Of a stretch of 64,000 nt of DNA, positions 1 through 9,254 are shown piece by piece. The position numbers and the translations under genes were made by a program. The first letter of the stretch is position 1. The number at the start of each line of letters is the position of its first letter. The notes under the pieces are model-generated. The model was not told the DNA's origin and ran no database searches. It saw only the letters and a program-made list of their open reading frames with translations. This stretch comes from Bdellovibrionota bacterium (GTDB taxonomy: Bacteria; Bdellovibrionota_C; UBA2361; JAAYZI01), in the NCBI GenBank assembly GCA_050950765.1, contig JBMNIF010000002.1, forward strand, positions 1,152,001-1,216,000, written 5' to 3'.

Positions 1-580
1 GGATTATCTAAGTGATTATAATAGAGAAACCCTTTCTGAATTGTGTAAAGAGTTTGGACCTCGTTTAATACTTCTTTTTAGAAGACAGAGATTGGAGCCG
101 ATCTTAATGCCGCTTGAAGAACGGTTAGAGGTGATGAAGATAGCGGCGGCGGCGGGAGCTTTTGTAGATTTAGATATTAGAGTGCAGGCAGGGGAGCTCG
201 ATACTTTGCAGGATATGACAACGAAGTTAAATGTTATCTTGTCATATCACAATTATAATGAAACTCCGAACGATGAATTTCTGCAATTGATTTTGCAAAA
301 GATGAGGAGCTATGCACCGACGATCTATAAGTTTTCATGTTACTGTTTAAATCGTGGGGATGCGTTACGCCTCCTTAAGTTGCAACGAGAGTTAGATATC
401 GGCGGTTATCACAGTATTGTATTTGGAATGGGACCGAAAGGTTTAGTTACGAGAGTGTTTGCTCCGTTGTGGGGTGCTGAAATGGTTTTTGCTCCTCTGA
501 CTTGCGGGAAAGCTAGTGCAGAAGGGCAGTTGACTAAAGGAGATCTTGAAACAGTTTTCGGTATTATCTGTAATTATTAA
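1..580 (+). CDS. aroD: Type I 3-dehydroquinate dehydratase (5'-truncated by window edge)
   Basis: Frame is open from position 2 (DYL...). Motifs ILSYHNYNETP, MGPKGLVTRV and SAEGQ match type I DHQase; adjacent to aroC. Confidence 0.85.
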   Translation, partial: DYLSDYNRETLSELCKEFGPRLILLFRRQRLEPILMPLEERLEVMKIAAAAGAFVDLDIRVQAGELDTLQDMTTKLNVILSYHNYNETPNDEFLQLILQKMRSYAPTIYKFSCYCLNRGDALRLLKLQRELDIGGYHSIVFGMGPKGLVTRVFAPLWGAEMVFAPLTCGKASAEGQLTKGDLETVFGIICNY

Positions 581-634
581 GGTAGTAGAATTTTTAAAAA
601 AGCGGAACGTTTAGTTCCCTTGAGGGCAAAAAAT

Positions 635-1714
635 ATGGCTGGGAATTCGTTCGGAAAATTGTTTAGTGTAACAACTTGTGGTGAATCGCACGGTAGTGTT
701 GTGGCAGCGATCGTGGATGGTTGTCCTGCTGGATTATCGTTAGTTGAGAGTGATATTCAGCAGGAGTTAGACAGAAGAAAACCAGCTCAAAGTCACTTAA
801 CAACTACCAGAGCTGAACAAGATCAGGTGCAGATCTTATCAGGTGTTTTTGAAGATAGGACTTTGGGAACGCCGATCTTACTCGTTGTTAAAAACGGAGA
901 TGCTCGTTCGGAGGACTACCACGCATTAAAGGATCTTTTTAGAGCTTCTCATGCTGATTTTACCTATGAGAAAAAATACGGAGTTAGAGATTGGAGGGGC
1001 GGCGGTAGGGCTTCTGCCAGAGAGACGGTAGCGCGTGTGGCAGCGGGAGCTATCGCTAAGAAGATCTTATTTGAAGATTTAAATAAGATAGAGATCGTAG
1101 CTTTTGTTGAGAGTGTTAAAGATATTGCAGGGCAGATAGATCGTGAAAGTGTAACTCGTGAGGCGGTAGAAGGTAATATAATGCGGTGTCCTGATGGTGC
1201 AGCAGCATCTCGGATGATCCGTTTGGTGGAAGAGGTGCGTGCGGAAGGAAATTCTGTCGGTGGTGTTATCGGGTGTGTTATTAGAAATGTCCCTGCGGGG
1301 TTGGGGGAGCCCGTCTTTGATAAGTTGCAGGCTGATCTCGCTAAAGCGATGTTGAGTATTAACGCCGCTAAAGGGTTTGAGATAGGGGCAGGTTTTGAAG
1401 GAACGAAGTTTTTTGGTAGTGAGCAGAACGATCAATTTTTTGTGAGAGATGATGGTTCTGTTGCTACACATAGTAATAATTCGGGGGGTGTGCAAGGTGG
1501 AATTTCAAATGGGATGCCGATAGTATTTAGGGTGGCTTTTAAGCCTGTTCCGACTATTGCAAAGCCGCAAAAAACTTTAAATCGGCACTTAGAGGAGGTT
1601 GTCGTTGAGCCTTCAGGACGGCATGATCCGTGCGTTTTGCCACGTGCTGTTCCTGTTGTTGAGGCGATGGCTGCATTAGTTGTTGTAGATCACCTTTTAC
1701 GTAATAAGCGCTAG
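635..1714 (+). CDS. aroC: Chorismate synthase
   Basis: MAGNSFGKLFSVTTCGESHG, GGGRASARET, NNSGGVQGGISNG and GRHDPCV signatures. ATG at 635 preferred over TTG at 620. Confidence 0.97.
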   Translation: MAGNSFGKLFSVTTCGESHGSVVAAIVDGCPAGLSLVESDIQQELDRRKPAQSHLTTTRAEQDQVQILSGVFEDRTLGTPILLVVKNGDARSEDYHALKDLFRASHADFTYEKKYGVRDWRGGGRASARETVARVAAGAIAKKILFEDLNKIEIVAFVESVKDIAGQIDRESVTREAVEGNIMRCPDGAAASRMIRLVEEVRAEGNSVGGVIGCVIRNVPAGLGEPVFDKLQADLAKAMLSINAAKGFEIGAGFEGTKFFGSEQNDQFFVRDDGSVATHSNNSGGVQGGISNGMPIVFRVAFKPVPTIAKPQKTLNRHLEEVVVEPSGRHDPCVLPRAVPVVEAMAALVVVDHLLRNKR

Positions 1715-1738
1715 TTTTTTTTTGCAGTATCAGATCTA

Positions 1739-2767
1739 ATGAGAAACCTTGAGGAGAAGATAGTAAAAGGTGTGTTGTGTCAGGAGGCTTTTAAGCAGTT
1801 TCAGCAAGGTGATATCGCTAAGAAATATTTAGAAAAGCCTGCCACGCTTATCAAGCAACTTTCGGAAGGGTATGTGCATAATAAGAGAGATCTCATCTTG
1901 AAAAATATGTCAGATCCTGAGATGAGCAGTGCGTATGCCTTATATTATCTACCGATAAATTTTTTTAAGATCAGATCAATTTTGGCTGAGATCGATCTGC
2001 CGAAACGTTCAGAGTTGCGGGTGCTTGATTATGGCGCTGGACCAGGCACAGCTACTTTGGCGTTGTTAGGATCTCACGATAATCTTAAGGCAACACTTTT
2101 TGATAAATCTGAGCAGATGTTGAGTGTTGCCAAAAAACTTTTAAATAAAGAGCGGTTGGCGCTGGAGTATGCGACCTCTCTTAGTGGTGTTATTGCTAAG
2201 AGGTATGATGTAGTTGTGCTTTCAAATGCGTTGAATGAATTTTCAGTGGATGAAGAGGAGGCGTTTTTAAATAGGATCGATAACCTTTTAGATCAGAATG
2301 GGGTTTTGATCATCTTAGAGACTGCTTTAAAAAGTGCTGCTAGAAACTTGCAATTTTTTAGGGCTAAGGTTTTGGAGCGTTACGGGTATAATATTCTTTT
2401 TCCGTGTACGCACTGTAATGAGTGTAAGATGCTTTTAGAAGTTGATAATTGGTGTCACGGTGTTTTGGAAGGGCTTGATTCACAACTTGTTAGGCAGATA
2501 GATCAGATTACGGGCTATAATAAGCACAGGATTAAATATGCAGCGTTAGTTTTTCAAAAAGGGGAGGTGCTGCAAAAGGTCAATCACTTTAGGGTTGTTG
2601 ATGTGCCGCTAAAAGATAAGAAGGGGATCTCTTTAAAGTTGTGTGGTGTTGATACCTTCGGTTTTAAACAATTTGGTAAGCACGACACTGCAGCAGATGG
2701 CGCTAAGATAAAGAAAGTAAAATTGTTTGATAAGATAGAACTCCTGCCATCTAATAATGTTAGCTAA
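1739..2767 (+). CDS. SAM-dependent methyltransferase, Rsm22-like
   Basis: AYALYYLP, VLDYGAGPGTA (SAM motif I) and PCTHxxxC...WCH Cys/His cluster typical of the Rsm22 family. Confidence 0.75.
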   Translation: MRNLEEKIVKGVLCQEAFKQFQQGDIAKKYLEKPATLIKQLSEGYVHNKRDLILKNMSDPEMSSAYALYYLPINFFKIRSILAEIDLPKRSELRVLDYGAGPGTATLALLGSHDNLKATLFDKSEQMLSVAKKLLNKERLALEYATSLSGVIAKRYDVVVLSNALNEFSVDEEEAFLNRIDNLLDQNGVLIILETALKSAARNLQFFRAKVLERYGYNILFPCTHCNECKMLLEVDNWCHGVLEGLDSQLVRQIDQITGYNKHRIKYAALVFQKGEVLQKVNHFRVVDVPLKDKKGISLKLCGVDTFGFKQFGKHDTAADGAKIKKVKLFDKIELLPSNNVS

Positions 2768-2779
2768 ACGGGGTGATAC

Positions 2780-3045
2780 TTGCAAAACGAATCGGTTAGG
2801 TTTGAACGGAGGTCAAAAATTTGGTGCCACCCTTTAAAAATTTGGTGCCACCCTTTAGGGCTGCTAATAATATCAAGATGTTAGTAGAAGTTTAGAATTC
2901 GGCAGTTTTGGTGCCACCCTTCAATTTTGGTAGATTTTGCAGTTTTGTCTGGTTTTGTCACTGGTGCCACCCACCAGCGGCATCTCCTTGGGTGGTCTTT
3001 AAATAATTATTATAAAAAACAAAAATTTGGTGCCACCCTTCAGGG
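2780..3045 (+). repeat. REP-like mosaic array (5 cores TGGTGCCACCC)
   Basis: Cores near 2822, 2843, 2909, 2962 and 3029; spacers recur in other arrays. Confidence 0.9.
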
Positions 3046-3284
3046 AGGATTTTTAAGCTCTTGCTAACATATTGTTATTATTAGTTATTATACTTTGGCA
3101 GGTTTTTCGCCGTGAAATATAAACCTTTGTTTTAAAATGTACGAATATACTCCTTGCTGATCGAGATGGGGGGGGAGTGTAAGCGGTTTGTCAGTGCGCT
3201 TATATAATAAGGTGACTCCGAGAGTGTAGTTCAAGGTGGTGGGTGGCAAGAATGTTAATAGGGTGTGGCAAAGATTTTCCATCG

Positions 3285-3991
3285 ATGGACGCCGAAGAAC
3301 GTCAGCTGTGCCAAATTTTTGTGATTGAGCCTGACTCTCTTATGCGAGAAGAGATGGGTAGGTGTTTAAGGGAGCTGGGTTTTTCAAAGTTAAGCGATGT
3401 AGCGACCCATGCAGAGGGCATTGAAAAAGTTGTGCATGACAATTATACCATGTGATCTTTGATTCTTTGCCGACGGAGATGCCTATTCTTGAGTTTATGC
3501 AGCAACTAATCTCTATCAATTCGAAATGCGTTCTTCTTCCGACCGCTTCAGAACTTAATTTAGATAAGATCTCAGATCTGTTAATGCAGGGCGCACACGG
3601 TTATCTTGAAAAACCGTTTGTTTTAGATGCTGTTGATGAGAGTATCGTTAGCGCTACAAAGGGTAAGCCGATTATTGATATAATACTTGGTGCGCAGGAT
3701 AGAAATAAAGCCTTAGTAGATATTTTGCTTCAGCTATTGGATATAACGTCTATTATTATTCGTCAGTCAAAAACATTTAGTAGCGCTCAAAGAGAGTTAC
3801 CATTTGCATTAAACGCTTTTAGACGCTCATCCACTGTGGCAAGGATGTTTTGTATCGGCGGTGAAGAGTGTTTGCTTGAAACAATTCAAGACCTCTCTAT
3901 CGCGCGTAGCGAAACAGCGGCAAGTCAGATCGGACGACTACGCAAACTTTTAAAAGATAAGCGTGAAGCAGCAGCACCTACTGCTAATTGA
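3285..3991 (+). pseudogene. Response-regulator receiver protein split by a 1-bp frameshift at ~3450 (or a sequencing error)
   Basis: ORF1 has IFVIEPD...GIEKV; ORF2 continues VIFDSLP...GAHGYLEKPF. Adding one C to 'tatacca tgtg' gives the contiguous NYTHVIFD. Confidence 0.7.
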
Positions 3992-4230
3992 GACCTTCCT
4001 GATCTTGAAACAGGAAAGGTGTGAAGATTAGGTGTGAAGATAATCTTAGTATGCCACTAATGGAGGAAACTAATAAGCTGTTAAATAATAAGGTCGGAAG
4101 TGATCAATTCTTCCCGTTCTATCCTGATTACTGATTAAAAAAGAGGTAGCCTTATTAAGACAGTAAAAAATTTTGTAGATACACCCCCTCTCAAAAAATT
4201 TAATATCAGAAAATTAGAGGATACTTTTAT

Positions 4231-5073
4231 TTATTGATCAAAGTTCTCTTTTGTATAAATTACACTTAAGACACACAAGATAAACGGCACGATCCAGATA
4301 GTTGGTATACAAATGGTAGCCCAGAAATAGGTTATTTGTACTATTTCTAAAGTTGATCCTGAAGATGGCATAAAGTAGGAGGGCATTATTAAGAGAAGAG
4401 AAGCTAAAAGCCCTAATAAAATTGCCGTTACTATTAAGGTAATATAACTTAGGGCATGTTTTAAAATTACTTTAAGGCAGATTAAGCTTCTGTTTACTAT
4501 ATTTTTAAAGTCTTTGATGTCATTCATGAAGATATTGATGAATGTGTACACTATGATAATTCCCAAAAGACACACAATCGACACTAGGACGAAAGCTTTG
4601 ACTGAAGAAAGTGAGTAGGGAATTGATTTATATATTAGTAGGTAATATGGGATGCACACCACGAAAAACATCGGAGAATGGGTGATATATTTTTCAAGCT
4701 CTTCAAAAAAATCATCATAGTTTGTCGTACCTTTCTTTATGACTTCAATATTTTTAATTAAGATAAAAGCTAAGGTTAGTGCGGCAAAAATTGGAAGTAA
4801 GATAAAATATATAGAATAGAATGTCATAAATAGTTTATTCTCTTCAACGTCTGTTTTTAAAAGAGAATTAAGAGCATCAACTGTTAAAAAGGCTGCTATG
4901 GTTAAGACTAGGTATACCGTTATCCCTATAAAACAGATCCTCCAGATGCCGAGTTTGACACCTTTGGTTTGGGTTACTTTCCAAGCTTCAGACAAGACAT
5001 CTCTTACACGCCAACCTTCGTTACTGTTGGTTTCAACAGGAAGTTCTTGATTGTTTTGATCTGGCATTGACAT
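4231..5073 (-). CDS. Hypothetical multi-pass membrane protein
   Basis: 280-aa ORF with about 6 hydrophobic segments; very AT-rich. Confidence 0.7.
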   Translation of the reverse strand: MSMPDQNNQELPVETNSNEGWRVRDVLSEAWKVTQTKGVKLGIWRICFIGITVYLVLTIAAFLTVDALNSLLKTDVEENKLFMTFYSIYFILLPIFAALTLAFILIKNIEVIKKGTTNYDDFFEELEKYITHSPMFFVVCIPYYLLIYKSIPYSLSSVKAFVLVSIVCLLGIIIVYTFINIFMNDIKDFKNIVNRSLICLKVILKHALSYITLIVTAILLGLLASLLLIMPSYFMPSSGSTLEIVQITYFWATICIPTIWIVPFILCVLSVIYTKENFDQ

Positions 5074-5458
5074 AATTACTATCTTTAATTTTAAGTTTTT
5101 ATACCCTCAGTATATCGATATAAGGTCTTATATGGAGATAATAATCTAAGCGATTATGAAAAAGGCTGAAAGTAGTTGTTTTTTGATTAAAAGCGGAGAT
5201 ATTACTGTGCAAAAGATCTTTTCAATTATCTGATTTTACCCATAGAGGTTCGTTCGGAAAAAAATGAGAATGCTACAAAAATTATTATTAAAAAATAGGG
5301 TATATTTAAAATGAGCGTAAATTTAAGCTTGCAAAAAGATAGATTCTCTAAGAAGAAGGAGATTGATAAAGATAAGCTTAATAATAAAAGTAAAAAGGAG
5401 AAGATAAGAGCTTTAGATAAGTAGTATTTACTAACCTCAATTCCATTCGGTGTTTTTT

Positions 5459-5498
5459 AAAAAATATGAGCCTTAAAGTTTTCACCTCAAGGCTCATA
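5459..5498 (-). terminator. Probable intrinsic terminator of cassette 1
   Basis: Minus strand reads TATGAGCCTTGAGG-TGAAAA-CTTTAAGGCTCATA followed by a T run. Confidence 0.65.
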
Positions 5499-5588
5499 AC
5501 GTTCTAGAAGGGCGACGCGCAACACCTACCATAGTTGTCGGAGATCTTGCCGTCGCTTGTTTCCTTCTATTAGCCGCGTGCGTAGATA

Positions 5589-5927
5589 CTAAGCCTGTTC
5601 CGCTGATCCTACGGAGGCGTGGAAAAGACCTTTGTATAAACTACGCTTACTCAAATGCTGGACCACTTTGTTCGCAAACGACAACAGCAAAGGATAATCT
5701 GCGTTTGGCACCATAAATACTATGGTGTCGTATCCCTTCATGGTGTCATGCCCTTCCTCCCAGAATGTAGTCTGGTACGACGGATTCGTTTTTCTCCAAC
5801 AGACATCGATAGCGATTTTTAAGAGAAACAATTTGAAACGAGATTCATCACTAGGGCACACGAATGCGATAGGTTGGCAAGAATTATCCCCGTTATATGC
5901 GAGGGGATCTTCTTTTGCTTGGCACAC
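5589..5927 (-). CDS. Hypothetical protein (cassette 1, 112 aa)
   Basis: GTG at 5927 is preceded by an AAGGAG SD. The longer ORF call (6041) starts inside the conserved hairpin. Confidence 0.55.
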   Translation of the reverse strand: MCQAKEDPLAYNGDNSCQPIAFVCPSDESRFKLFLLKIAIDVCWRKTNPSYQTTFWEEGHDTMKGYDTIVFMVPNADYPLLLSFANKVVQHLSKRSLYKGLFHASVGSAEQA

Positions 5928-5964
5928 TTTATTCTCCTTTAGTGCGGGTGATTGACTCATTCTG

Positions 5965-6180
5965 GATATCGAACATTCGAATATCACCCGATGAGTCGTC
6001 TCTATCAAGTTGTGAAAAAGAACTAAACAGAAACGACTCATCGGAGAAGGAGTCCCTTTTGGAAAAAAAGGAGGATGCCGAGAAAAGCCCTACCACTTTT
6101 AAACGTCAAATGGATATACTAAAAAAATCCTTTATAAAAACCGATCTTCTACCCATTACCAAGCTCTTATCTTATAAGAT
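5965..6180 (-). promoter_or_regulatory. Conserved structured 5' leader, copy 1 (also at 7029-7240 and 8307-8510)
   Basis: ~24-bp hairpin CCGATGAGTCGT...ACGACTCATCGG whose G-U pairs fit the minus strand; anti-SD-like TCCTCCTT/CTCCTTCT tracts; GATATC-armed palindrome. Confidence 0.6.
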
Positions 6181-6581
6181 GCGATTTTATACGAGACTTT
6201 ATTTTTAGGCAAAAAAATAGTGAAGATCCGATCTTATAATTTAAAAAGCTTAAAATTTAAGGTCTTATATTTAAAACGAGCGTAAATTTAAGCTTGCAAA
6301 AAGATAGATTCTCTAAGAAGAAGTTCTAAGATAAAGAAAGCCCAAGCTTAATAATAAAAGTAAAAAGGAGAAGATAAGAGCAACGAATGGACACTAAAGA
6401 ACCGAAGCGAAAAACCTCTGTATAGCATCCATCCGTTGTTCTTAAGCATAAGGTCTAAAGTGCTCCCTTGAAAATTTCAAAGGGCTTCAGGGCTTACAAC
6501 GTTCTAGGAACGACGTGCGACGGTACCGAGAAGGCGTAGCAGGTCATGCCAACACTTAGCGGTTAGTAATTGCCGTTGTCT

Positions 6582-6989
6582 TCAGGTATTTGGTTCTTGA
6601 TACCAATCGTCTTCAAATATTGGTTCCGGATTGTAATGCCACTTAAACGTGAGATAGGAGGTAATAACTTCTAAAGAGGTCACTATCTTTTCCACAACCG
6701 AAGTGAATTTTTCGAGGAACTCTTCTTCAGTTGTGGCACCAAGATCGTAGACAGTTACCGTGATCACTATAAGGTCATTTCTCCTTGAGGGGTCGCTATT
6801 TATCGAGTGGTGACATTCCATTTTGAAAGTTTCCGAAAAGCCCGACGAAGAATATTCCCCCCAGTAATCGCAGATAGAATTTTTGAGTTGATCCATTCTG
6901 GATTCCCATTCGAGATTAGTTTCGTCGGGTGATCCGCGATTAATTTCGAGGTTGGCTTGGTATTTCAAGCCTCCAAGGCTTTCCTCCAT
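6582..6989 (-). CDS. Hypothetical acidic protein (cassette 2, 135 aa)
   Basis: ATG at 6989 (MEESLGG) with an AGGAG SD 9 nt upstream. Confidence 0.65.
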   Translation of the reverse strand: MEESLGGLKYQANLEINRGSPDETNLEWESRMDQLKNSICDYWGEYSSSGFSETFKMECHHSINSDPSRRNDLIVITVTVYDLGATTEEEFLEKFTSVVEKIVTSLEVITSYLTFKWHYNPEPIFEDDWYQEPNT

Positions 6990-7622
6990 GACGGTTTCTC
7001 CTATAATGAAAAAGTTAAACTCATTCTGGATATCGAACGTTCGAATATCACCCGATGAGTCGTCTCTATCAAGTTGAAAAAGAACTAAACAGAAACGACT
7101 CATCGGAGAAGGAGTCCCTTTTGGAAAAAAAGGAGGATGCCGAGAAAAGCCCTATCGTTTTTAAACGTCAAATGGATACACTAAAAAAAATCCTTTGTAA
7201 AAACCGATCTTCTACCCATTACCAAGCTCTTATCTTATGGTACGTGAGTCTATACGAGACTTTATTTTTGAGGCAACACGTTTAGGCAAAAAAATAGTGA
7301 AGATCCGATCTTAATAATTTAAAAAGCTTAAAATTTAGGGTCTTATATTTAAAACGAGCGTAAATTTAAGCTTGCAAAAAGATAGATTCTCTAAGAATTA
7401 GGAGATTGATAAAGATAAGCTTAATAATAAAAGTAAAAAGGAGAAGATAAGAGCAACGAATGGACACTAAAGAACCGAAGCGAAAAACCTCTGTATAGCA
7501 TCCATCCGTTGTTCTTAAGCATAAGCCCTAAAGTGCCCCTTGAAAATTTCAAGGGCTTCAGGGCTTACAACGTTCTAGGAACAACGTGCAACGTTGCCGA
7601 GAAGGCGTAGCAGCACGCTAGC

Positions 7623-8240
7623 TTATGCACAGTCTTCGTCTTCTGGAGCGGGAATATCGTAAGAAGATCCTTGAATCCCTACGCCCGTACCGTCATCAAA
7701 CGATATTGTTAAGGAGCCACCGCCGAGCTGTTTGGCGAGAGATTCCCCAAGGAAGTCGAGTTCTTCTAGGGATATGCCGTAACCTTTTGGGAGACGGAAT
7801 TCAACCGTTACATAGCGATAGTTTTCATCTGCGTAGACTTCAACGACAACCTGTTCGCACTTTGAGAATTTTTCGCTCAGTTCTCCTCCCACAAGGAAGG
7901 CGAGCTCTTCCGACGTTTTCTCATTGACGGAGGGACAATCTCTTAAGGTAATACAGTATTGATTGTACCCCACTCCCATTATGCAAAGATCGCGCGATTG
8001 CTTTGGAAACGAGTCCCCTTTAGAAGAGAAGAATTTCTTCTTGTCGGTGTAAATTCTTACCTCAATCTTGAGAGGGAAAGTTTCTCCGTTTACGTTAATC
8101 TCGAAAAGGAAATCGAAAACGGAAACTGTGGATTCGATAAGGTTCCCGCACCTATCAGGTTCACGTTCAATAACGGTCCTTTCCTTCCATCCTTTCAACG
8201 AGATTTGCTGATAGCAGCGTTTATCCAATTTATCAGGCAT
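7623..8240 (-). CDS. Hypothetical acidic protein (cassette 3, 205 aa)
   Basis: Long ORF with an AAGGAGG SD upstream of the ATG. Confidence 0.7.
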   Translation of the reverse strand: MPDKLDKRCYQQISLKGWKERTVIEREPDRCGNLIESTVSVFDFLFEINVNGETFPLKIEVRIYTDKKKFFSSKGDSFPKQSRDLCIMGVGYNQYCITLRDCPSVNEKTSEELAFLVGGELSEKFSKCEQVVVEVYADENYRYVTVEFRLPKGYGISLEELDFLGESLAKQLGGGSLTISFDDGTGVGIQGSSYDIPAPEDEDCA

Positions 8241-8946
8241 TATAGTTATAGCCTCCTTGTATCACAGTTGTGAACACCGACTCGCTTTCGGATACGTAAT
8301 GATTAAGATATCACGTGATATCACCCTCCGATGAGTCGTCTCTATCAAGTTGTGAAAAAGAACTAAACAGAAACGACTCATCGGAGAAGGAGTCCCTTTT
8401 GGAAAAAAAGGAGGACGAGCCCTATCGCTTTTAAACGTCAAATGGATACACTAAAAAAAATCCTTTATAAAAACCGATCTTCTACCCATTACCAAGCTCT
8501 TATCTTATAACTTATAAGTTTACACGATGGTTTATTTCTAAGCAAAAAAATCCACTCTTTTGACGTCTTTAAAAGCAAAAAATAATTAAAACCTTAGATA
8601 CTTTAGGACGGTAAGATGGTCATGAATAAACGTTTAAAATCACACCGTTGAAGAAGATAAGTTTATCACTTATTAAGGTAAGATGCCGATATAACAAGAG
8701 TTTGAGTGTAGATCTACGATATTCTTCCCCTCTGTTAAGGTATCTTAGCAAGAAGGTGCGGCGACGGCGTGGTCGTCTACGGAGAGAAGGAAAGATGAAA
8801 GTTCTTTTATTAGTAGTTTTATTGGGAGTGCAGTGCGATACGAAGGGATGCGCTTAATTTATCACTTACCACCACATTTTTTATAAAATACCCTTATTAT
8901 TTAATGTAGTAGGATCTTTCTTAGCAGGATTTTTTACCTCCTTTAG

Positions 8947-9045
8947 CACCTCTTCGATCTGGAAGGTGCAAAGTATGCAGTATTTACACTGATGGGAGCA
9001 GCCACGACCTTTAACACCTCTTCGATCTGGAAGGTGTAAAGTATC
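8947..9045. repeat. Two direct copies of a ~29-bp hairpin-forming sequence CACCTCTTCGATCTGGAAGGTGYAAAGTAT
   Basis: Copies at ~8947 and ~9015. Confidence 0.75.
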
Positions 9046-9254
9046 TAATGGATACAGAGTATATGAAATTATGCGCTACCGTTTTGTTGCAAAATATAAG
9101 TGGCATCGGTGCTCCTCTCTGCGGGATAAGTTGTGCACCCTTTCTGTTAAGGTGATCTACAATACAGATAAGATATCATCCTTTTAGTAGAAAACTTGAT
9201 TTTTTAGTAAAAAAACGTACCCTGATTTTATTCTTAGAAACGGTAAGGAGGGGT

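Larger units (their letters stand above)
5300..8550 (-). repeat. Three tandem cassettes with conserved non-coding flanks and unrelated ORFs
   Basis: Block TATATTTAAAA..GAGCGTAAATTTAAGCTTGC...AAGATAAGAGC at ~5301, ~6266 and ~7343. Block CCGATGAGTCGT...CTTATCTTAT at ~5988, ~7052 and ~8328. Confidence 0.92.

Noticed and set aside
5897..7285. Plus-strand ORFs 5897-6208 and 7055-7285, and the MSRFCLVLF starts at 6041 and 7103
   Set aside because: They arise from the conserved leader. Indels between copies break the frames, and better SD-linked starts lie downstream.
5490..7620. Cassette tails as integron attC sites
   Set aside because: A GTT core is present (GAACGTTATG/GAACGTTGTA), but I could not pair L boxes or find a consistent RYYYAAC. 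The cassettes carry their own leaders and no IntI is seen.
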